From NCBI GenBank assembly GCA_964612105.1, contig CAZTEU010000005.1, positions 45,039 through 109,038 of the forward strand: 64,000 nucleotides of DNA, given 5' to 3'. Made by a program: the position numbers and the translations under genes. Positions 9,976 to 18,094 of this stretch are shown piece by piece (position 1 is the first letter of the stretch; every line of letters begins with the position of its first letter). The DNA comes from an uncultured Gammaproteobacteria bacterium. Lineage in GTDB: Bacteria > Patescibacteriota > Patescibacteriia > Magasanikbacterales > UBA922. The notes beneath the pieces are model-generated. The model saw nothing but the letters and a program-made list of their open reading frames with translations, was not told where the DNA came from and searched no databases.

Positions 9976-10026
9976 CTTTCTTACTTAGTATATTTTAAGG
10001 TACTACTATCCTATTTTACCAACACA

Positions 10027-10040
10027 GTATTATAGCACAA
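10027..10040 (-). promoter_or_regulatory. TG-extended -10 promoter (TTGTGCTATAAT) pointing into island A
   Basis: Identical 13-mer to 2700-2713 and 38317-38330. Confidence 0.5.
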
Positions 10041-10042
10041 AA

Positions 10043-10070
10043 AACCCCTTTTGTCAAGGGGTTTTTATGG
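10043..10070. terminator. bidirectional terminator AAAAACCCCTTTTGTCAAGGGGTTTTT
   Basis: 10-bp perfect stem, loop TTGTC; related hairpin at 21637-21665. Confidence 0.8.
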
Positions 10071-10102
10071 TTTTTTGGCTTATTTTAGCTAAATTGTATA
10101 CT

Positions 10103-11485
10103 TTACTGTTTCTCAATAATACCCCTTATCTCCCCTATCCTACCACTCAAATCCTCTTTCTTCCATGTTTCCAGATTTAGGCGTAAAACAGGCTCAGTAT
10201 TACTCTTTCTTACATTAAACCATCCCCAGTTAAATTCCATCCATACACCATCTATATTATTACTAGAAATAGCCTCATTTTTGTATATTTCTCTTATTTT
10301 TTCCATCATTCCATCTTTATCCTCCACCTCAAAATTAATCTCTCCTGAGTGATAATATTTCTTTAATGGAGTTATAATCTCACTAAGAGATTTGCCTGCC
10401 TGCGAAATAAGCCTAAGTATGTACAAAAGTGATAGTTCTGTACATTCAATCTTGTACATTTCATCAAAATATAGGTGCAGAGAAAGCTCGGAGCCAAACA
10501 CTCCATTTTCCTCACTCATTATTTTTTTAATGTAAGTATGCCCAACCTGTGTCATTATAGTTTTTGCTCCTGCAGACTCATATGACTCTTTAACAATCCT
10601 ACTGGAACGAAGATCATACAGCATTGTTGCACCTGGATTATTTTTTAGCACTTCCAAACCAATAATTGTAGCAACAAAAGATGCATCCACCACTTCCCCC
10701 TTCTCATTAACAACACCTATCCTATCCGCATCTCCATCCAAAGCAAAACCAAAATCTGCACCAACCTCTATAACCTTTGCTTGTAAGTCTTTTAATGTTT
10801 CTGTCTTTAATGGATTAGCCTCATGGTTTGGAAAAGTGCCGTCCGGCTCTATATACATGTACTCAACATTCACTTGAGATAATTTTTCCAATAATCTTGG
10901 AAATGTTACTCCTCCCATTCCATTTGCAGAATCTATAACTATTTTTAATGGTTTAATATCTTCCGGCTTTACCAATTCTAGAATTCTCTCCTGGTACAGC
11001 GGAAACATATCTTTCTCTTCCACATTTCCTTTTTCTTCTTTTACTTCACCAAAATCATTTTTTATTACAGCATCACGAATCTCTTCCATACCGTTTACTT
11101 TACCAACAGCTAATCCATTCCCAAGAGCTAATTTAAAACCATTATATTCTGCCGGATTATGACTAGCTGTAACAATTACCCCCCCAGCATGCTCTTCTAA
11201 ATGAGCGCAGGAGAAATTAAAAAGTGGAGTTGTACTTTGTCCTATGTTTACAACATCCACACCCTCATCTGTAATACCTTTTATTACAGCTTCACTAAAA
11301 GGTTTACTGGTTGGTCTCATGTCCAACCCAACTACCATTTTTTTTGCAGAAAAATCCTCACCTTTATTTTTTAGGAAGTTTACATATGCACGCCCAAGTC
11401 TGTACGCCAAATCCTCACTAAGCTCACTATCTGCAAGCCCGCGAATATCGTATGACTTAAAGACATGTTCTGGAATATCTACCAT
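10103..11485 (-). CDS. phosphoglucomutase/phosphomannomutase family protein (alpha-D-phosphohexomutase)
   Basis: VTASHNPAEYNGFK active-site Ser motif, Mg-binding DGDADR; start probably at MVDIPEHVFKSYDIRG (ORF track start 11542 is upstream). Confidence 0.85.
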   Translation of the reverse strand: MVDIPEHVFKSYDIRGLADSELSEDLAYRLGRAYVNFLKNKGEDFSAKKMVVGLDMRPTSKPFSEAVIKGITDEGVDVVNIGQSTTPLFNFSCAHLEEHAGGVIVTASHNPAEYNGFKLALGNGLAVGKVNGMEEIRDAVIKNDFGEVKEEKGNVEEKDMFPLYQERILELVKPEDIKPLKIVIDSANGMGGVTFPRLLEKLSQVNVEYMYIEPDGTFPNHEANPLKTETLKDLQAKVIEVGADFGFALDGDADRIGVVNEKGEVVDASFVATIIGLEVLKNNPGATMLYDLRSSRIVKESYESAGAKTIMTQVGHTYIKKIMSEENGVFGSELSLHLYFDEMYKIECTELSLLYILRLISQAGKSLSEIITPLKKYYHSGEINFEVEDKDGMMEKIREIYKNEAISSNNIDGVWMEFNWGWFNVRKSNTEPVLRLNLETWKKEDLSGRIGEIRGIIEKQ

Positions 11486-11590
11486 ATAATTTTGTTGAAA
11501 AATAAGCGGATTTAGTATATAGTACGAGTATCTCATACGCAAGTTTCAGAGAGTTTTTATGTACAAAATCTATAAATAAGATATAGGATT

Positions 11591-14134
11591 ATGGACCCAA
11601 AACAACTTCTAGATCATTTCTCCTCTCACCTAAAAAATGTAATAGCAAAAGCAATTTCTGTATCTGCAAGCTTTTCTCATTCAGAAGTAATGCCTGCACA
11701 TTTACTTCTCGCACTAGTACAAGAAAAAGGATCTATTGCTTCTCAGTTACTGGAAAAGTCAGAAGTTTCTTCCAAGACTATTCTTTCTTACCTAAAATCT
11801 ATAACAAAACAACTTCCTGCAATGGACATAGCAACACGAGCGGCAATAGCCACTCTTCCAGAACTCAGTAAATCTTCTAAAAGAGTTTTGGAAAAAGCAA
11901 TGCTTACTGGTTATGAAAATGAACATACCCATGTTGGTACAGAACACTTGCTGTACGGATTATTACAAAGTAGAGATGTTGGAATAAAAGAGATACTATC
12001 CAAAACAAAAATTAAGAGAAAAGAGATGACACAGCAGTTGGAAATTATTTTTACAAGTACAAACAAATTTCCAGATGTGCAGGATATAGCAGAAGCAATG
12101 GGACATATAGAAGAATTGGCAGAAGGAGGTGGTGCGCTTGCAATTACTCCTGAAAAATCAAAAACTCAAAAGAAATCTAGAACACAAAAATACCAAGCAT
12201 TGTCTATGTTTGCTGTAGAATTGACAGATGTAGATGTGCAAAAAACAATTGATCCTGTAATTGGTCGTGAAAACGAAATAGAAAGACTAATCCATGTGCT
12301 TTCTCGCAGGAATAAAAATAACCCTATACTTGTTGGAGAGCCCGGGGTTGGTAAAACAGCAATTGTAGAGGGGCTTGCAAAAAGGGTTTCGGAAGGAAAG
12401 GTGCCGGCTGTATTACAGAACAAAAAAATATTTGCATTGGACTTAACATTACTTGTTGCAGGTACAATATATCGTGGGGAATTTGAGGCTCGTATTAAAC
12501 AGCTTGTAGATGAGGTGTCCAGTAGAAGTGATTTTATTCTTTTTATAGATGAAATCCACAATATAATAGGAACAGGTTCCAATCAAGGAACAATGGATGC
12601 AGCAAACATATTAAAGCCTGCACTTGCGCGTGGAAAACTTAGGTGTATTGGAGCTACAACTCATGATGAGTATAAGAAGTACGTTACAGCAGATCCTGCT
12701 CTGGAAAGACGTTTCCAGGCTGTTAATGTAGAAGAGCCTTCTCGCGAAGAGGCAATAGAAATATTAAAAGGTGTAAAAAAATATTACGATGAATTTCATG
12801 GTGCTTCTATCAGCGATTCAGCAATTACTACAGCAGTAGACTTATCCATGAGATATATTCATGATAATTACTTGCCAGATAAGGCAATTGACTTAATAGA
12901 CGAAGCATCTGCTTCTGTACGCACAAAGAAAAAACCAACTCCCCTACAAAAAAAGAGGTTGGGCATTATAAAAGAGTTAAACAGTATAAGAAAAGACAAA
13001 GATACAGCTATGGCAAGTGAAGACTTAGATTCAGCGACTGTTTTAAAGAAACGACTAGATGATTTAGAAGAAAAAATAGAATCTCTAGAAAAACAGACAA
13101 AGAAAACAAAGAAGGTGGCGAGATCACGTGTTACTAAGAGTGATGTAATAGAAGTACTAGCAAACAGATTGGGGCTAAATAAGAAACTATTGGAAGAAAA
13201 CCAATGGTCCAAATTACAAACTCTTTCGGATAGGCTTTCAAATCATATTGTAGGGCAGGACACTGTACTCAACAAACTAGAGAGAGTATTAAAACAAGCT
13301 CATCTAGGTATAAGAGATAAAAACAAACCGTTGTCGTCTTTGCTTTTTGTTGGTCCTAGTGGTGTAGGAAAAACAGAACTCGCAAAATCTTTGGCGAAGG
13401 AGCTATATCACGATGAAAAATCTCTTATTAGGTTGGACATGAGTGAGTTTGCAGAAGGGCATGGTGTATCTAAACTACTTGGCTCCCCTGCTGGATATGT
13501 GGGATACAAAGACAGAAACCACTTTATCGATAAGCTAAAACAAAGACCTTACTCAGTCGTATTGTTCGATGAGTTTGACAAAGCCCATCCGGATGTTATG
13601 AAATTATTATTACAGATTTTAGATGAAGGCACTTTGACAGATAGTAATGGTAAAAAAGTCCACTTCTGCCACTCAACTGTTATCCTTACAAGCAATGTTG
13701 GGGCGGAACTATATAAGAAGAGTGGTTTTGGTTTTGGTTCTTCCAAGCAAAAAAGTGTGGAAGGTACAAAAAAACGAGATGAAGCAATAAGCTCAAAATT
13801 AAGAGATGTGTTTGGAACTCCCCTTCTAGGAAGACTTCATGAGGTGTGTATCTTTTCTCCTTTGACTAATGAAAATATAATGGAAATAATTTCTAGACAC
13901 GCAATAAAAATTAGCTCAGACCTAAAAACACAGCAGGATATCGCCCTTACTCTTACAAAGACTGCTATTAAACAGCTTGCGATAGACTCTAAACATGATG
14001 ATCTTGGAGCAAGGAATGTTGAACGTATAGTAGATCATGTTATACAGGATTTAGTTGTAGGTGAATTACAAAAAGAAAGTAAGAAGAAACAATATAGACT
14101 ATCCCATAAACAATCTGCATACTATTTACAATAA
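11591..14134 (+). CDS. clpC: Clp/Hsp100 AAA+ chaperone, ClpC-like ATP-binding subunit
   Basis: Clp_N repeats, two Walker A motifs GEPGVGKTA and GPSGVGKTELAK, 847 aa. Confidence 0.9.
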   Translation: MDPKQLLDHFSSHLKNVIAKAISVSASFSHSEVMPAHLLLALVQEKGSIASQLLEKSEVSSKTILSYLKSITKQLPAMDIATRAAIATLPELSKSSKRVLEKAMLTGYENEHTHVGTEHLLYGLLQSRDVGIKEILSKTKIKRKEMTQQLEIIFTSTNKFPDVQDIAEAMGHIEELAEGGGALAITPEKSKTQKKSRTQKYQALSMFAVELTDVDVQKTIDPVIGRENEIERLIHVLSRRNKNNPILVGEPGVGKTAIVEGLAKRVSEGKVPAVLQNKKIFALDLTLLVAGTIYRGEFEARIKQLVDEVSSRSDFILFIDEIHNIIGTGSNQGTMDAANILKPALARGKLRCIGATTHDEYKKYVTADPALERRFQAVNVEEPSREEAIEILKGVKKYYDEFHGASISDSAITTAVDLSMRYIHDNYLPDKAIDLIDEASASVRTKKKPTPLQKKRLGIIKELNSIRKDKDTAMASEDLDSATVLKKRLDDLEEKIESLEKQTKKTKKVARSRVTKSDVIEVLANRLGLNKKLLEENQWSKLQTLSDRLSNHIVGQDTVLNKLERVLKQAHLGIRDKNKPLSSLLFVGPSGVGKTELAKSLAKELYHDEKSLIRLDMSEFAEGHGVSKLLGSPAGYVGYKDRNHFIDKLKQRPYSVVLFDEFDKAHPDVMKLLLQILDEGTLTDSNGKKVHFCHSTVILTSNVGAELYKKSGFGFGSSKQKSVEGTKKRDEAISSKLRDVFGTPLLGRLHEVCIFSPLTNENIMEIISRHAIKISSDLKTQQDIALTLTKTAIKQLAIDSKHDDLGARNVERIVDHVIQDLVVGELQKESKKKQYRLSHKQSAYYLQ

Positions 14135-14135
14135 T

Positions 14136-14495
14136 ATGGAGGATCAACAAAAACAGTGGGCAACAGAACTACAAAAAGCGATAAACAAAACAAAAAAGGA
14201 TTCTGGAGATACCGAAGGAAACACAAGAGTCATTAATAAAAAAATCGCAGAGAAAAAAGAGGAGATTATTAAGGTAGCAGAGAAAAAGGATATAGACGGA
14301 GCAAAGAAGCTCTTTTTTGAGTTAATACAACTTCGTGCAACACATACTGCGCTTGGAATAAAAAAGATGAAAGAAAATGGAAAACTAACAAAAGACCTTG
14401 CAGAAAAGGTTGCAGAATATTTTATTACAGACTGTATTAATCTAGCAATTGCGGTTGATTCAATACTAGGAATAAATTATGGTACTGACTCCTAA
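14136..14495 (+). CDS. hypothetical coiled-coil protein (about 120 aa; start taken at MEDQQKQ after clpC stop)
   Basis: In-frame continuation of ORF 14061..14495 but clpC stop at 14132-14134 makes 14136 the plausible start. Confidence 0.4.
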   Translation: MEDQQKQWATELQKAINKTKKDSGDTEGNTRVINKKIAEKKEEIIKVAEKKDIDGAKKLFFELIQLRATHTALGIKKMKENGKLTKDLAEKVAEYFITDCINLAIAVDSILGINYGTDS

Positions 14496-16206
14496 TATAA
14501 TAGCATCCAAGGGTTTGCTGTCATCCTTACTAAAAGGAAAGGTTGGTACTTTAGTTTTAACAAAGGCATTTGTTGCAGCCGGTCTTGGAGACATGGCTCC
14601 AATAGTTGCGCAGTTGATATCTCGAGATGGTGTATTAGATACATTACTCCCTGGTGTTCTGGCACAGGCTGATTCATACAGACAAAATGCGCAGGATTTT
14701 GTAAGAAATAAGTTTGCTTCTGTTGTAGAACCACCTGCTGGTGCATATGACCCAGGGCTTGCATATGCTGGAGGTCCACAAGAATTTGCTGTCGGTGATA
14801 GCTTCCTTAATGACGCAAAAAAACTTGCTAAGGAAAGCTCTGACTCTGTTAACAAGAATAAGCCAGTAGAATCTTCACCTGAAGTACAAAAAGATGATAT
14901 AATAGCTCCAGAAGCACAACCGCCGGTTGGTGGTGGTCTTGGTGGCGGAAAAACAACCCCTCAGGATGCACAAGAACAACAAGATAATGGTGTAGCGCCA
15001 GACAAATCACAGCAAGTTGGTTCACCAGATAAACAACCTCAAGAAGATGAGGAACAGGCACAGGAACCTGCTTCTAAGGAAAAGCCAGAGCCTAAACAAA
15101 AAGCTAGTGAAGGGCAAGCAAAAGGTGAAGATGCTCCCCAAATACCTATTAGTGTTACTCTGGATAAGCCTGAAGATAGTAGAACTATAAAACTAGATGA
15201 TGAAAGTGAGGGTGGAGCAGGGGGAGAACAGGCAGACGAGGTAGATCCAACAGAATCTCAACCTTCTGTATTAGATGATAAAGAACCCTCAGAAGAACCG
15301 GCTACAGAATCTCCTGAAGAGGGCGGTAAAGAAGGTGAGGAAATCCCCAAAACTAAAACACCAGAGGATAGAGAGAAAAAAGAAGAAGATGAAAAGGAGA
15401 AGGAAGATGATGAGGATAAAGAAGAAAGTGATAGTGATGAAGACGATGAGGATGAAGAAGGTACAGAAGAGGAAGATGATGGATTAGGTTTTGATAAACC
15501 AACAGATTTTAGCGCTCCCGCAGAAGACGATTCCTCTGGAGCAGAAGAGGAACAGAAAGACGATGATAAGAAAGATCCGGGGAAAGAAGCACAAACAGCA
15601 CAACAATTGAGTAAGGATAAGAATCTAGACGCAAAAGAGAAACGTGATAAGAAAGGAAAAGAATCCACTAAAGGTAAAGAAAAAAGACCGGATGCAGAAA
15701 GACATGGGTCATCTAGTAGCGTGATGGTTGTGCTATGGATGCTACACGATATAGTTGCTTTTGTTAACATGATTTTAATGTTAATTCCAGCACTAAATAT
15801 TTTGACCGGCTGGCTAGTCACACTGATGTTCCTTGGTCCAATACTATTTATGCCATTTGTAGACGGTGATATATTCTGGTTTACAGTTGCATATATAATA
15901 GGAAAAAGAACTCCTAGAGGGCCTGAGGATGAGAAGCAGAATGTTGTAGACAGATTCACAAAAGAAAAGAAAGAGCAGGTTGTAGACTTAGCAGAACAAG
16001 AAGGAAAGAGATTAGCAAAGGAGGCTATAAAGTCGTTGGGCTGGTATGCGCTAATAATACCTGGAATAATTATATTATTCCCTGTCGACTTAGTAATATA
16101 CTGGATAATCGTGATTAGATTTACAGCAGCAAAAAGGCCTACAGCTAAGAAATCAAAAGAGGTTGCATTCAGCATTCTAGAACAAGCAAAAATAGCAAAA
16201 AAATAA
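14479..16206 (+). CDS. hypothetical envelope protein with D/E/K-rich low-complexity centre and C-terminal TM helices
   Basis: 575 aa; about 200-aa acidic low-complexity tract (EEDEKEKEDDEDKEESDSDEDDEDEEG), three hydrophobic helices near C-terminus. Confidence 0.6.
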   Translation: MVLTPNIIASKGLLSSLLKGKVGTLVLTKAFVAAGLGDMAPIVAQLISRDGVLDTLLPGVLAQADSYRQNAQDFVRNKFASVVEPPAGAYDPGLAYAGGPQEFAVGDSFLNDAKKLAKESSDSVNKNKPVESSPEVQKDDIIAPEAQPPVGGGLGGGKTTPQDAQEQQDNGVAPDKSQQVGSPDKQPQEDEEQAQEPASKEKPEPKQKASEGQAKGEDAPQIPISVTLDKPEDSRTIKLDDESEGGAGGEQADEVDPTESQPSVLDDKEPSEEPATESPEEGGKEGEEIPKTKTPEDREKKEEDEKEKEDDEDKEESDSDEDDEDEEGTEEEDDGLGFDKPTDFSAPAEDDSSGAEEEQKDDDKKDPGKEAQTAQQLSKDKNLDAKEKRDKKGKESTKGKEKRPDAERHGSSSSVMVVLWMLHDIVAFVNMILMLIPALNILTGWLVTLMFLGPILFMPFVDGDIFWFTVAYIIGKRTPRGPEDEKQNVVDRFTKEKKEQVVDLAEQEGKRLAKEAIKSLGWYALIIPGIIILFPVDLVIYWIIVIRFTAAKRPTAKKSKEVAFSILEQAKIAKK

Positions 16207-16215
16207 ATAAAAAAT

Positions 16216-17451
16216 ATGGATAAAAAAAGAATCTTGTTTATCGTAGCATTCGTTATAGCAACAATAGTGATAGGCTTTGCTATGTATCGAGTGTTCTTTT
16301 ATACTCCAAAACCTGCAGAACGACCTGGAACTATTGCAACAGAACCATCCAAGTTCCCATCATCTGGAGAGGCAGGAGAAATAGACAGACCAACAATCCC
16401 ACCATCAGAAGTGTTACCTCCATCTGTCACAGCACCAAGTCAACCAGGAGTAGGTGATGGAATAGGAGTTGGAGAAGATGTACAAAAAATAGTGCAATCT
16501 GTTATAAACACACCTGTTGTTGGTATGGATATAAGTAATCAGAGTGGGCAGGCTAGATTCTATAACCAAGAAGACGGGAAGTTTTATTCTGTAGACGCAC
16601 TCGGACAACCAAGGGAACTAACAGACCAGGTTTTCTTTAACGTAGAAAATGTAACATGGTCCCCTACTCAAAGTGAGTCGATTATAGAATACCCAGACGG
16701 TGCAAATATTTATTATAATTTCAATACAAAAAAACAAGTTACATTACCAAAACACTGGGATTCTTTCTCATTTACAGATACAGGAGATAAAATAGCAGCA
16801 AAGAGTCTAGGGTTCTCTGAAGAAAACAGGTGGCTCATTAGTTCAGACCCAACAGGAAGTAATATAAACCTAATAGAGCCTCTTGGTAGTAACGCAGATA
16901 AAGTAATTGTAGACTGGTCTCCAAATAAACAGATTGTTGGGTTATCAGCTACTGGTGAAGAGCTTGGTTCTGATAGACAAGAGATATTATTTGTTGGACA
17001 GAATGGTGAGAATTTTAAATCAACAATAGTAGAAGGTAGAGATCTGAGGACAGAATGGTCAAAGACAGGTTCTAAACTATTGTACAGCGTTCATAATTCA
17101 CGAAATGATTTCAAGCCAGAGCTTTGGGTTGTAAAAGGTAGTGGAGAAAACTTGGGGGGAGGAAGAAAGCTACTTAATGTGGATACATGGGCAGATAAGT
17201 GTTCATTCTCAGATGATAGGTATGCCTATTGTGGAGTACCGCAAATACTAGAAAAAGGTTCTGGTTTTGCACCAGCCCTTGCGGACTCAACACCAGACGA
17301 CTTGTACAAGATAGATGTGGAGACAGGACTAAAGGTGCAAATACCTCTAGATGATTTCCATGTAATCGATACTATTTCATTAAGTCCGGACGGGAAGACA
17401 TTGTATTTTACAGACAAAAACATTCCAGGACTATATAAAGTACAGTTATAA
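16216..17451 (+). CDS. TolB-like beta-propeller (PD40/WD40-like) protein with N-terminal TM anchor
   Basis: N-terminal TM, Pro-rich linker, repeated ...W..SP.G..I.. propeller-like repeats, C-terminal LSPDGKTLYFTD. Confidence 0.6.
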   Translation: MDKKRILFIVAFVIATIVIGFAMYRVFFYTPKPAERPGTIATEPSKFPSSGEAGEIDRPTIPPSEVLPPSVTAPSQPGVGDGIGVGEDVQKIVQSVINTPVVGMDISNQSGQARFYNQEDGKFYSVDALGQPRELTDQVFFNVENVTWSPTQSESIIEYPDGANIYYNFNTKKQVTLPKHWDSFSFTDTGDKIAAKSLGFSEENRWLISSDPTGSNINLIEPLGSNADKVIVDWSPNKQIVGLSATGEELGSDRQEILFVGQNGENFKSTIVEGRDLRTEWSKTGSKLLYSVHNSRNDFKPELWVVKGSGENLGGGRKLLNVDTWADKCSFSDDRYAYCGVPQILEKGSGFAPALADSTPDDLYKIDVETGLKVQIPLDDFHVIDTISLSPDGKTLYFTDKNIPGLYKVQL

Positions 17452-17453
17452 AT

Positions 17454-18092
17454 ATGCCTAGTCACAAGCAATTATTAACTTTATTTGTACCAGCCCTTGC
17501 TGTTGTTGCTATTGGTTTAATAATTGCGATTATACAGTACGACCCTCTCTACCCAAAAGAGAACAATAATAAATCAGAGGCTTCTGATCTAATACCTATT
17601 TTTACAGAAGATCCAATTGTCGGATACAAGAAAGCTCCTATTACAATTATTGCGTTTGAAGACTTTGGTTGTGAAGGATGCAAAGCTCAATCAGATATTT
17701 TCGATCAAATAATGCTCAAACACCCAAAAAAAATAAAGGTTGTTTGGAAATCACTTACAGTAACAAGATTCCCAATTTCTACACAACGAGCTCATGAGTA
17801 TGGATTATGTGCAAACGAACAAGGTAAGTTTAGCGAATTCAAAGAACTTGCTTTTGTTAACGGGCTTAACCTGTCCCAAGGAATATTAGATTTAATAGTA
17901 GAAGAAACAGAAATGAGTGAACGCAAACTAACATCCTGCCTAAACTCAGCAAAACCTACAAAATATCTGTCACAAAACGAATCTCTAGCTAACCTGCTAA
18001 ACGTACAGGCAGTACCTACAATATTTATAGACAATGTACAGATTAATACACCTTCTAGTATAGAAGAATGGGAAATGGTCCTAGGATTATAA
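17454..18092 (+). CDS. DsbA-like thioredoxin-fold thiol:disulfide oxidoreductase
   Basis: N-terminal TM, CEGC (CxxC) motif. Confidence 0.75.
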   Translation: MPSHKQLLTLFVPALAVVAIGLIIAIIQYDPLYPKENNNKSEASDLIPIFTEDPIVGYKKAPITIIAFEDFGCEGCKAQSDIFDQIMLKHPKKIKVVWKSLTVTRFPISTQRAHEYGLCANEQGKFSEFKELAFVNGLNLSQGILDLIVEETEMSERKLTSCLNSAKPTKYLSQNESLANLLNVQAVPTIFIDNVQINTPSSIEEWEMVLGL

Positions 18093-18094
18093 TT

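Larger units (their letters stand above)
8590..10040. other. GC-rich micro-island A (compositionally foreign insert carrying three small membrane-protein genes)
   Basis: Abrupt shift to G+C-rich sequence between two native terminator hairpins; three minus-strand ORFs with AAGGAGG/GGAG ribosome-binding sites. Confidence 0.7.

Noticed and set aside
9635-10035. ORFs 9635-9925 (-), 9674-9883 (+) and 9769-10035 (+) overlapping island A gene 3
   Set aside because: Low-complexity Arg/Ser/Pro-rich translations with no RBS; GC-rich antisense artefacts.
12166-13212. Minus-strand ORFs inside clpC (12166-12582, 12868-13212)
   Set aside because: Antisense to a strongly supported AAA+ chaperone gene.
15258-16175. 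ORF 15258-16175 (-), 305 aa, Ser-rich
   Set aside because: Antisense to the acidic D/E-rich tract of 14479-16206; poly-Ser is the reverse-complement signature of GAx/AGx repeats.
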